Of a stretch of DNA of 64,000 nt, positions 13,201 through 26,100 are shown piece by piece. Every line of letters starts with the position of its first letter. Position 1 is the first letter of the stretch. The stretch lies in assembly GCA_030141605.1 (NCBI GenBank), contig JAQGDQ010000161.1, positions 310,001 through 374,000 on the forward strand, given 5' to 3'. The DNA is from Tubiluchus corallicola. Lineage: Eukaryota > Animalia > Priapulida. A program made the position numbers and the translations under genes. A model generated the notes under the pieces. It ran no database searches, was not told the origin of the DNA, and saw only the letters and a program-made list of their open reading frames with translations.

Positions 13201-13809
13201 TTTACGTGTCATTGCAGTCCCGTTCCTTGGAACGCCTGGAAAGAGTTAAAGAAAAATGCCCCGCACATTCGCGTTGAACTTTATCTGAAGGGACAAACAA
13301 AAATTGATATATTGCTGCAAGAAAAAGCGCCAGTCAGGAGCATATTGTATCATACAAAATACTCGTACATACGTGCAGAAGTACTTATGGATATCGTGGA
13401 AAACTACTCACAGACATTAGAAATATATGGACATCACCTGCTTCCACGCATTCATCGTCCAAAGGCATTTCACGATCGTGCTGACACTGTGCTTGTGCTG
13501 ATGGCACAGAAGTGCCACTTATTGCACACTCTCATAATCAGAGAAAGAATTTCCACTTCGACATTGCTTCTTATTGTCAGTACAGCTAAAAATCTCTCGC
13601 GTCTTTGTGTGAGAAAGAATGCGGTTGTGCTAAAATGTGAGTGGCCACACAGTCCGTATTGGTCGGCCGATTATTACGAGTGGTTGCGAACAGTTTCGCA
13701 TTCATATTCCTTAGTGGAAAATGAAATTTCAAAAATTCTTCGAAAGAAATGGCAGTTCTTGTCTGATAAAGAATTTAAAACTTTAAATTTCATGAGCATT
13801 AATCTGTAA
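10275..13809 (+). CDS. F-box/leucine-rich-repeat protein (FBXO39-like), about 457 aa, 4 coding exons
   Basis: Exons 10275-10376 (GCACCATG context, GC donor), 11290-11427, 12160-12305, 12822-13809; phases consistent. N-terminal F-box WEYLPSVLLEKIFALLEIRHRYWASQ|VCRQWYWAFYAPQVW; LRR-like segments LRNLEELQL, LRILTVVDC, LEKLVLS, CHLLHTLII. Confidence 0.88.
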
Positions 13810-15646
13810 TTTGAAACCGATTCTTGTGGAGTCTAACCTACTGATAATATCCAACAGTCAACAGCAAGGCTTAATTATTACGTTAGTGGTTGTGGCAGGA
13901 CTGGACCCTAACTGTTTCTCTAGAATAAGTCTCTAATGTGAGATAACAAACTGGCAGGTGTCAGCTGCATTTGGGAAATAGAACTGTTAAATAGCTGGAA
14001 GCAGTGCAGAAGTTAAAGCCAGGCAGAAAGACAGTTTCTCGTGGTTACCTCTTTGTGTATCAACCCGGCCTATGAAAGCTTAACTTTGGTTAAGCGTACA
14101 CTTTGTTCTAGGAATGTTAGTTTATTTAGATGATGTATTTTTGTATCGTAAGTTGTCTTTTGACTTTGTGTCACTCAAATACGACAAACGTGATATTATT
14201 GGTGCTAATACGTTCAACAAGAAGTTACTGACTGAAACTTTGTCACACCGAGTGTTTTTTTACAATAGTAACTTTTTATTGATCTGTCAAGTTTTTTCTT
14301 TATAGCTAAACTATACAAATTATTTATTTATTTATAGCTAACCGTGCAGTTAATTCTTAATGCATACTTTGCAGTATAACTGTGCCAAGAATACAATGAT
14401 TTGTTCAGTACATTATTTGGGCAACTGTTCAGATTTGTTAGATTTCAGGTTCCACATTTTTAGCAAATTAGAAGGTAGAAAATACATTTGAAGTTTTAAA
14501 AATTTATGCTGGTTGTTCAATTAGAATTATATTTTTTAAACAGTATGTTGCTATAAAAGGCTATACTGAAAAAGCAGCTTGTTAAATTGTCGTTGTTTGT
14601 CGCAACTAGTCAGGTGTTAATAAGTTGGATTTACCAGTCCGAGTTAAATTAAGAAAAATAAATTCAATGTAATTTAAGCTAGTCAAAGTAAACGTTAGTG
14701 TTTCTTTTAAAATTTTTACTCAGGTTCATCAAAGCTAGTCATAATAGTATTTAAAATCAGATTTATCAATCAAAAATTGGTTACAGAGCTGGCCCAAGGT
14801 CTGGCCAAGTGTTTTTTGTAGCACTGTTTGGCTGTTTTATAATTTTATTACAAAATGATGTTTTATGATTTGTTAACAAAATATGTGTAAGTGTTTGTAT
14901 TTCAGTATTATGTTTCTTGGGCGAACATTTATTGATTACTTTACTACCTAACATGAAAGAACCATAGGTGCAGAATTAGCTATTTCACAAATTTATAAAT
15001 GAAATTTTTAATATACTAAAACTTAACGTACAGTAAACTTACTGTTGTCTAATTTTATGGTACTATGTTATTACTTTTTATATACATCATTTATATAACT
15101 GTTGGACCTACAATAAAGCGTTAAAGAGTACCAGCTTGTCTATTAGACCTTTTTATTGCTTTCATGGAAAGACTGATATCTACATGGCAAATGTAAAAAA
15201 TGTAATTTTATATAACGTTATGCATTAAAAAGATACCAAAATGTTTATGAAATTAACTGGCTTATTTCAATAATTTGCAACATTTACTCTTTACAAATTA
15301 CATGCATTATCTGAAGTAGAGATTTGACCGTAAAACGAGTTCTGGATGGATTGTTAACTTTCGATAAAAAACAAGTTCCAGAATATAAAGTAAGATGTTT
15401 ATGAATGATAGCACATGAATGAAATGTGCGACATTCATATGGTACTTGTTTTTAATGAACTTTAATTAAGTTCAAGAATAAAACTTTCAGAGAATCATCC
15501 ACATGTTATTACCCATCATCGTAATGGTACTGAAGTTATAACATATAATGTAATTATGTGCTTAATATGTCTGTAATATTTAATAACAAAAACTTTGATA
15601 ATTTAAAAAAACACTCATATATTATTGATCATTCTTATCACAGATT

Positions 15647-15907
15647 AAGAAATTGCTTAAGTGAGATTAATACTGTATTAATTATAAAAATACAAACCAA
15701 TTTCTGACTCAATTTTTCATAACAGAAGGAAGAACCTTGGACAAATGATTGCCTTCTCACTCAGATACTCTTTGGCGAGAATGCAAGAAATTGCTTTGGT
15801 GAGATTAATACTATATTAATTATAAAAATACAAACAATTTCTGAGTCAATTTTTCGTAACAGATGGAAGAACTGTGGATAAATGATTGCCTTCTCACTCA
15901 GATACTC
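15647..15907. repeat. Tandem duplication, period about 138 bp
   Basis: AAGAAATTGCTT...GTGAGATTAATACT...AAATGATTGCCTTCTCACTCAGATACTC at 15647-15769 and 15785-15907. Confidence 0.9.
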
Positions 15908-16599
15908 ACTAAAAGAAATAAATTCTAATAACAAAGTACGTTTAACAAGATTCTACAGCAGAATTCCTACAACACTGAAATACTCGATCTTCTTACTGGT
16001 AATTAAAAGAGCTGGAAGTTGAATAATCAGCCACGTATAAAAGCATTTTGCATGAAATGAAGTACAGATTAACGAACTGGATGCATGACTTAACAACTTA
16101 ATTTAATATTGATTGCCTAGATACACTAGCCACTGTGCACAACAAATTCCAACTGTAAAGTCAACATTCAACCAGTACAGGAAATGGAGTTGACAAATCT
16201 TCTACTGCGCAGAGGCTTTTGCAGTCAATGCAGCACAACATTAAAGAAACAAGAAAAACTGCAACAAGCTGTCTCTATTGAATTATTGTGAACCTAAATT
16301 ATAGACAGTTCTACGTATACTTGTGAGTTTTTGTATACTTTCATTCAAGTTGAATCAGAAAGTTAATGTTCTATGCAGCATCTAATGGTAAAATTTCTTT
16401 ACCACCCTGTGGACAAAGCAGAACAGGTAATATTTACAAGATCTGTTATTTCCTTCCCTACAGTCTGACTGTACCAAGAAACAAAGAGCAGTTAATAAAA
16501 ACTAGTATTCTACTATTAAAGGAAAAGCCAAGCCTTCTGAGAAGTTAAATTAAAATGATTAAGTAATAAAACTTTGGTGCCTTGGGTAATTAGTAAAAT

Positions 16600-16940
16600 C
16601 AATTTAAAGCCGTAAAATCACAATCATTTCATGTTGAGCACTCCTATTTTGAATGCCCATTTTTCCACCAATTACGTTGTTCACTGATTGAAGAAAAGCG
16701 GCACACTGTTAATTTGAATCAAAGGTGTAACAAGTTTTGATAAAAAATTCGGTAACTAATTTGTGTCATAACTTTCAAATGAATGCTGGCTATCACTGCA
16801 CCTGAAAATTTCTATGCAGCAGTAGTATAAACTAACTTTATGCTTTATAGGCAGTTTTTTGCAAATTGCTTTGTTAGAATTTTCAAAGTTTAAGTGATAA
16901 CAGTAAAATAGACCAATGTGCTAAGTAAGGTGTCCTTTCC
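16600..16940. mobile_element. Inverted copy of the dispersed repeat at 5640-6180
   Basis: Reverse-complement similarity to 5645-6075, with an internal deletion. Confidence 0.7.
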
Positions 16941-19900
16941 AACCCACGAACATTTGTTGCATTTTAATATATGATTAAAAATATTGAAATCCCCATACAA
17001 TATATGCACATAGAATGCTTTGCTTAAAAATGTAAAAGAAATTTAAATATTTTTATCTCCCGCCAAACGAACGTTGCTGCCGGCATATTTGAAAAAAATG
17101 ACATAAGCTGGTGTCGGCTGGGTTGCATGAATGCTGTGATGGCAGCTGTGAGGAAGGTACGCGTTGAGAAATTTCTACAGTTCACTCAGAAATTCAGTTA
17201 TTCTAGCTTTGTGTTTAACTGTGTTTATGTAAAAATTTGTCATTTGGTCAATTACGACCAAGATTAAAGTGGTTAAATAGCTTTAACCCACAGGATTATA
17301 TAGTAAAATGTGTAAGTAGTAGACATTAATTGCGTAAATGTAATTAATTTACAGACTTTTGTGGACTTTCAGATACACATATAAACTTGTGAGCACACAG
17401 TAGGTACCAGGTGGGTTACTTAGTTTATAGAGTTTGCTTTATAAGCCAAAAAAAGATTGCTGAAGCACGTGGCAGAATAACTGTTTATATTGCATAGTAA
17501 CCAGATGATGCCATTTTTCACCAAAATAAGCGTGCCCAAGAGTGAAGTGATCGCAATTTTAAATTGAAATTATTAATTACACGAGGCCATTGCTGAAACT
17601 TTCTAACATTTTTCTCAAATATTAGAATAAGCTCAACTTCCCGAGAGACTTGGCTTTTGCTTTAAAGCACCAGCATACAGTGCAGTTAGAGTAAATTACA
17701 GCATCAGTTCTCATTTGCCTAAAACTGATTTACAAAACAAGAAAAATTTGACAGGTTACAAATACATATAAATATAATTATATAAATAAAGCTAATTTAA
17801 GGAAGCAATTATGAAGCAATAACAATAGTATAATACAAACAGAGACTAGATATATTACTGTTTGTTTATAAACAGGAAATTAAATTTAATATCACATCAT
17901 TCTTATGAACTTTACACAATTTGGTCATATATAAAATTCTTATTTACAAACCATAAACTCTAGCAGTACATTATTTGCAAGTCAGTATTTTTGCATATTC
18001 CATAATTATATCGAATTACTTTTTACACATTTTGGCACACTGCCAAAATCCAACATTTAATGGCAGGGCTACTACTAATAGTAAATGGTAGTGGTGGCAT
18101 TGTGGTAGTGGTGTAAAACATTGCAGGTAATCTACTGGACAAAATACTGAACTGGAGCAGCTTGTCAACCACTTTTGGACATAGCAGCCAAAAACAATGT
18201 GACAGAAAAAAGCATTTAAAAATTTTCCACTATCCACTTACTATCAAGACTTAGCACTACTAAATCCACAGCAAATCAACATCGTAAACACATAGTGGAC
18301 ACTCAGCTATGCTAACATGTTTCTGGATTATTATTAACGTTTAAAAGTTTGCTAGTTTAGGGATATTTTTAACTGTATGTTTTGATCACTTTTATTTTGA
18401 TGAAAGAGGCTCCACCAACATGATGGTGAACTCCCAGGTACAATCAGGTGCTATACATCCTCCACCAATGAGGCAAACAGCCAGAATCAGTATGACAGAT
18501 GAATGAGTATTGAACCCAGTCTCACGTTACTTATGTTTGGTTGCATTGTGTACTATATATAGATTTATATGGGGTACATAGTCACTTTCAGTGGGGTCAA
18601 CCTTTGAGGGTCAAAGTAAGTCACCAAACAATGGTTTAGAAAGCTGTTAGTAATGACATTGGAACAGAAATTAGGGAGGTAGCACAATGCTTTAAGCAGG
18701 TGCATGATACTTTACGTTAGCAGAACCTATTTAGTATTTTTTTAATTTTACATTATTTTTTCCTAATAAAAACCATAAGACATCATGTTTTCAGTAATAC
18801 CAATGAAAAGATATCCTATACTCAACAATTTTTTTGATATGTTTTCTGTTATCAAGTATAAGTATGTTCTGAAGGAAGTAGAAACTGATGAGCACAACAA
18901 TTACAAACAAAAAGATGTGAAACAAGCTACAAAGAAAAATTGTAGACGTCAGGTAAACTAAAGACTGATAGACCGACTGTAAACTGACATATCATGCAAA
19001 TGTGACAAGCCAAGGGCAAGAAAAACACAGGTTGGATGTTCATCATATATAATTTATATAACACAAAACTCAATATACATGTATATATAGTGAGTAGGAA
19101 AAAAGACGTGCTACATAACCTTAAAAACACCTGATGAACAAAGAAATGGAAGAATAAAAACAGCTGCAATGTGCTGCTCCAATTAAAAGATTAATCTACA
19201 AGGCCTTGATGATCCAACAAAGACAATAAAAGAATTTCTTACTGCCACATTCAATGCATTAGACAAAAGTTAAAGCTGTAAAGGCCAATTCGTTTCTGGC
19301 AGGAAAAGTAGCTTTTCTCGAGTAAGCCAATAGAATTTTCTTAAGAATATGGTCAATGATTGGCATACCTTCATTAAGAACAACTAAAGAACAACTTTTT
19401 AGGTTAGGCAACGCCAAGCATTTTAACGACAAACAGACGTGATGAATATTCATTGGGTATCAATTATATCTTAATATGTAATTGTAATGGTGCTTTTGTC
19501 TAATAAATAAAATAAAAAAAATATGAATGTGTAAGAACTGGCAACCTACAGTATTTGCATAACCTATCAAACAGTAGCGCAGGCTTGGGGTTAACACTCG
19601 GGCATTAGTTGTACGTAAATATTATTATCAACACATATTGGCATGCTAAATAAAGTCTGAGAGAGCAAGCATACTGCGTAGTATAAAAGCAGATAATGCA
19701 AACTACATTCTAAAGAACCAGCTGTCAAAGTACCATATATGAACAGTCAGGGCAAGGTATGCACATAGCAAATCAGAATACAATAATTAAAAATTAAAAA
19801 ACTAAACATTTGAAAGGTTTGAAAATGGTAGGAGAAGGTTTTGTAATCGCCAGAATGGTGAGCATTATAATCGTGAAGACCAAGACTAACAAATTTGTGA

Positions 19901-20154
19901 ATGTGCGTTTACAACTGTTTGTCGCAAGTGACTTTATCATTGGGCATGTCTGGCATACTACAGACACACTGTTGTCTAAAATTGTAAGAAATTTTCTCCT
20001 GTGTGACTTTTGGCAAACAAAAGTGCACGATTTGGAGAACACACTTCAGTAATGTACGTCAATACTCAAAATTTAAGATCAGCAAAACTAATTCACCCCA
20101 CACTGACGCTGCACAAATAACCAATATTTTCTCTCATGAAACCATTTTCTCACA

Positions 20155-23100
20155 TTACCAGCAACAGGTTTTCTTCTCCTCAAGACCTCGTATAACTGGT
20201 GGATCAGCCAATATGAAACCTCGATGAGCAGAAAGCTCATGGCCACTCGTTTTCAAAATGTATTGCAGCAAAAATGTTATGCCTTTCTCTACAAAAATTA
20301 AGAACATTGAATCAAACTTAGCTCTTAAAGCAAATTTTGTTTACTCCATACAAAATAGTTTCTTTAATTTGATTATATAAACTTTACCTTTCATATTAAA
20401 ATCATTAACACATTAGCTACCTAATTATCACCTACACAGTGAAACAAAAACCCTAAGATATGAAGTTTAGTTGGAACTAATTGTAGTGTTTCAAGATACA
20501 TACAAGTGAATAAATAGATAAATCGCCAAAAACCGTAACAAACTTTTACTCTACAACAGATTTTGCTAAAGTAAGCAAACTACCACAGCAAATGCACACA
20601 GGATTTTTTTGCCTAAGTCCATTTCACATAAGTAGTCTTGGCTTTAATGACTCCGAGGAGTTCATCAATAATGTAAGTTTATAAATCTTGGTATCTATGC
20701 CAAAGTGAACTTAAAATTGGATGGCATGGGCTTTTGTGAGCCGTTAACGTGAAACGTGACCCACTGATTAGTAGCAAAAAACCAGTTGAGGAACAATGAT
20801 ATATTGAAATAAACGCTAATACTACACAATAAGTAATTACAATTCAAACTAATCTTTTACAGTAATATACAAATTCTGATACAGGTTTTACACCTATATT
20901 AAAATGCTACAAACCAATGTTTATATCTTCCTTAGCTGATGTACGAAACCAACCAATCATACTTTGAGTTTTGCAGAATTTGTCCATTTTTTCCGTGTCT
21001 AAATCATTCATTTCTAAATCACACTGTAAATATTACAAAACACTAAACATTCTTAAAGGTCAAATTCATCATAAAAACAAGTTTTCTTTAGTAAAAGGAG
21101 CTTACCTTAATTTAAAATCTGACGCTAATTTTATTAAATTTCATGACTTCCTTTCTAATGAAATCGGGCCTTGAAAATGCATTTCCCCCCAAAAAGCATT
21201 TGTTCAGTTTTCTCATGAAACTTAGGAAAATCTCAGGCTAAACAACTGTGCTAGCAACTGCTTCCTTGGATACTGCGTTGTTCCTGTGACGCTGAATTTG
21301 TAAACAATCTACACAGCGAAATGTGTTAACCAAATGCCAACACTGCCGTAACTACCCGTATTTTACTGATGTCATCTAAAAAAACCGAGAAATGGAGTTC
21401 CAGACTTTCTTCGGAAATGACACTTTCACACCCGACTTCCTCTTATATAAACCACCAAAATACAGGGTATATTTAAAATTGCTAGTTTATAGAATATTTA
21501 TTTATCAGTTCATTCAGGTGACCCAAAAAAAACTTCACTTACAAGTCCAATAACTTCAAAAATTTGAAAGGAGCAAGAAAGATGTTTTTGGCACATTAAC
21601 TCAAAAACCTAAACATTGAAAAAAGTGAATATAATTGGTCATTCAGAGTGATAAACTTTTAGTGAAACTTTATTGGTAAGTTGCTTCAGCAGTTTCATAC
21701 AGTCAAACTCTGTTATACTACCCCCCACCCAAAAATGCAAAGCTGACTTTACGGCCAAATTTTTCATTAAAACAAAATGTCTATATTCGCACAGATATGT
21801 ATTACCGCACCTCATTACAATGTCAAACTCCCTATGACCCATAACACCAACTTTTTTGTGGTGTCACAGTAGGTATAAAGAGGTTTGACTGCATATAAAC
21901 ACAAATTCATGTACATCCAGCATAAAAAATTAAAAATCTAACAGTTCTTTTCTTAACTTACCTTATTAGCAAAGAGTAATATTGGCACATGACTCCCATT
22001 AGGCAAAAATACTTTATTCCTCACATCACTGCACCACTAAAGTTCATGAAGTAGACGATAAGACAAATAAATTAATAAGAGCAACATTAACTTAGTTAGA
22101 ATGTATGTACAGAAGTTGATTTTGAAGAATTACAGATAGTCGTCTATTTACTACCACAATATGTTCAGGCAGATTGGTGAAATATACGCAAGTCGGACCG
22201 GTATATTCTAGCGGTATTCGAAGCAAAATCAAAAATTGAGAAATGTGTGGCAGAAATTAAATTTTGAATGACTACTTGCAACTACCTAGCTTTAAATGCA
22301 AATAAAACTGAGTTACTATTAATTGGCACCTGGGCAACTAAAAAAAATGACTAATTTCAGTATTGCAGTTCAAGGCACTACTACTTCACCCTCACGCTCA
22401 GCAGCAACAAGAAACTTGGGCTGTCGTTTTGATACTAATTTATTATTTGACAAACATGTGACAAAGTTGCCTTTTTCCATCTCAAAAACATCAGTAAAGC
22501 AAAATATTTTTTAGACTGAGGTACCACCAAGTAGTTGGTGCACACATTTGTTACAACCCGCCTAGATTATTGCAATTCTCTTCTCTTTGGTATGCAGGCT
22601 TGCTACCTTGATAAGATGCTACAAAATACTGCAGCTCGCGCTGTAACCAAAACAAACAAATTTGATCATATAACACCAACTTTGTTTGATCTTCACTGGC
22701 TTCCAATTAAAAACAGGATAGATTTTAAAATATTACTGCCGCTTATAAATGTGTGCATCAGGTGGCTCCCTGTTATATTCATGAGTTAATTTCATTGTAT
22801 ATTCCACAATGTAGTTTGCACTTAACAAATTCAATTAACTTGGTCCAACCTAGAATAAAGCTAGTCACCTGTGGAGGACGGTCATTCGCATCTCCTCAAT
22901 TGTGGAATCAAACACCTATTCACATAATGCAGTCAGAGTACCTATCTATTTTTAAAACATGCCTCAAAACCTTTCAAAAATTCTTTTAACGTGTAATTAC
23001 ATAATCAAATTAATTTAAATTGGATTTCCATTATGTCTTGCATTTTACCTGGAGAATCATATTGTATGTATTACTGAACTATGCTTTTTCATCTTTATTG

Positions 23101-26100
23101 TACTGTATTACTTTTAAGTTCATTATAATGAATTTTTACCCACACTTGTTATCTATCTTTGACTATAAAATCCTAGAGTATTTTGTGGATTCGAGGCAAA
23201 AAAATTATTACTATTATTATTAAGCCTATAAAGAACTCACACAACTCCTAGCATGCACGAAAAATTGCCATACAATACTTTTGTCAGCTTACATCAATAT
23301 TACTTAGTCCTTACCTGTGATATGGAATTAAAGGTTTCTGGTCTTGTGATGTCAAAAACTATAATAGCACCAACACTGTAAAACAGACAAATGAAACAGT
23401 TAGTGATGCTTGAAAAGCTTACCTTGAAATTCTATATCATTTGTATATAATCTTACTGTAAGCAAAATATGAGTAAACTGTAATTCATATTATGAGTAGA
23501 GTTGTAAAAATGTTAAAATCTGAGCTATTGCCCTTTCTATCTGAAGCAGCCATGTTAGCAGTCAGTCAGTTGCTAATTTTACTAGTAAATTTACGTCTTG
23601 AAAATGTCCACGAAATGTTGGCAAAAACAACAGAAGGTTCGAATCTTGGTATATTTTTCCATTTTCTCTTCCTTTTCATATCAACCATAAGAGTTGTTAA
23701 CTTAATAACTACATTAAGTATCTTCATAACTACTTACATTTATTAATATAACCCCTAAATCTTTATGACACATGCCCACTCCTAAGTGTTTTAAATTCAG
23801 AATTTGTGCTTCTGAGTCCAATTAAACAAGATTATTCACAAAACTCTGTTTCTTATATTGTCTGCTTTATTAAAAACTTCCCCATCTTTGACCAAGCACA
23901 GCAACAAACACATGCCAGCTCAACAGTCAGGCAAATGTAAGAAATTAAATGATTTAAATCAGTGAACCAAATCACGGCATTAAAGTAAAAATAAAAATAG
24001 ACTTACGCATATTTGTAGTAAACTCTGGTCATGTGACCAAATCTTTCATGGCCAGCAATATCCCTAAAAATAAACATTGTAATAAAAATAAAACACTGTA
24101 ACAGTATAATCAAACTTATAAATGCAGAAAACTTTAAAGATTTAATTTAATATCCAAGCATCAAGATTTGCAAGGGTAAATACTGACTTTAATGTACCAT
24201 CAATTAAAAAGAACAAAATTAATTAACAAAACAGCTCTAATTAATCAACCAATTAACAAACTGGCATATTTTTAGCCAAGAACGTCCTAGCAAATCATCC
24301 TACCAAATTCAATTCAATTAGATCACGGGCGATATGCAATTTAAATGAATATAAAATTAATGAATGCCCTTTAATTAATTAACTAATTAATAAATTCCTA
24401 CAATTTTTTTTGTTTTGAACTAAGGAGATCCCAGCTAATCATCTTGCCAAAATTCAACAGATCTGATCATAGGAAGATGCAATTTAAATAAAATCAAAAT
24501 TAATTAATTAAACAGTTATTACTAATTAACTTATTAACGAATTGTACCAAATTATTTTGACTTGAGCCAAAGACATCCAATCTAATAACCACACCAAATT
24601 TCAACTAAACTAGGTAAATACTTTTGGTTTTATTTCAATCATTTGGAGTTAAAAAGTTGAAAAAGGTCTGACAGACAGAGTGAATAACCAGACTTTTTCT
24701 AAGAAATGGGGCTATGCTCATGAAATTACCAAGTGATCACAACTTTACTTTAGTTTTTTTTTACTGCAGTTTTGTAGTTTAATGTAATAATCATAATGCA
24801 TAATAGATTGTGAACACACGTATGTCTATTGAGTTTCATATGGTAATCTTAAATAAAACTTAACAGTATTCATATCTTGCACACATTCTGTGATGTCTAT
24901 TAGAAGTATGCAAAGTTTCCTTGTCTTACCATAACTGCAACGTAATACGAGTATTTTCATTCCACTGCAGAGTCCGCAATGCAAAATCAACACCAAGAGT
25001 CAGTTTATAATTGCTGCTAAATGTGCCTACCAAAAATAGAAATAAATGATGTATACTTAGTATACATATTTATATACATTAAACACTCAACATAACAAAC
25101 TAATTGGGAGGAAAGTGGTCTGTAATAACCAGTAGTCCATAATAATGTAATGAGACCTATAAAGTACGTGTTATTGGAGCACACAAACCAGTAAAGATAT
25201 TCAAGTTGAAGGCACAATATAAACATACCTGTATTGAATGAAACAATATATAGGAATGTAAACAAATATTAGTACACCAAGAATTGCTTTATAACAGATC
25301 CTGATCTGGCCACACGCCATCACTATGCCAACATAACCAAAAAGCAGAAGATCTGTTTAGAGAAAGTTCTAATAATGTAGTACTGTTGTTGGCAGAAGTT
25401 GACTTGAAATTCAGCCATTCATGATTATTCATAGATGATTTGCAAAGTTTCACAAATCAAAACCCAGAATATGTGACATGCTGCAATACATTGGCCACCC
25501 AAACCCTTCGTTATAACTTTTAAAAGTCAGCTAATTTTTTTGTTCACTAGGGCTTACAATAAGCAGAATTTACAACACAGATGTTCTGCAAATAAGGCAG
25601 CTAATACAAATGGAATAATAGATGTAATTACATGCCATTTTGAAACCTTCACACAGATGAGTTGGTAATTACATTATACTAGCAAGTATAGTGACATACC
25701 TTTCGTGTATCTTTTTATGATGGCGGTTTTACCTAAAATATAACAAAACTCAATTTCACTTCAATTCATTTGTCTCATTTACACAATATAATAATATACA
25801 ATATTTAATTATGAATAATACTACACTGAGACAAGGTGACGAAAGTCCAAGAGGTCACCTGGCAGCCATCCTTATTTATACGACATTAATATTAGTTTTA
25901 CTAATTGTATGACACAAAGGTGTATGTAAAAAATGAAGCAGTACATATCTGAGATGATGTGTCAGTTACATGGATGTACAGAAAGCCATATATTTCCATT
26001 CATTATTGGCACAAATTGATAAGGTTACTAATTTTATGAGCGTATGAAATAATTACAGGTATAGATTCGCATAGATTATCATAACTTGGTGGTTACCCAC

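Noticed and set aside
19180-19520. Possible LINE 3' remnant ending in an A-rich tail
   Set aside because: Too degenerate to show a diagnostic motif.
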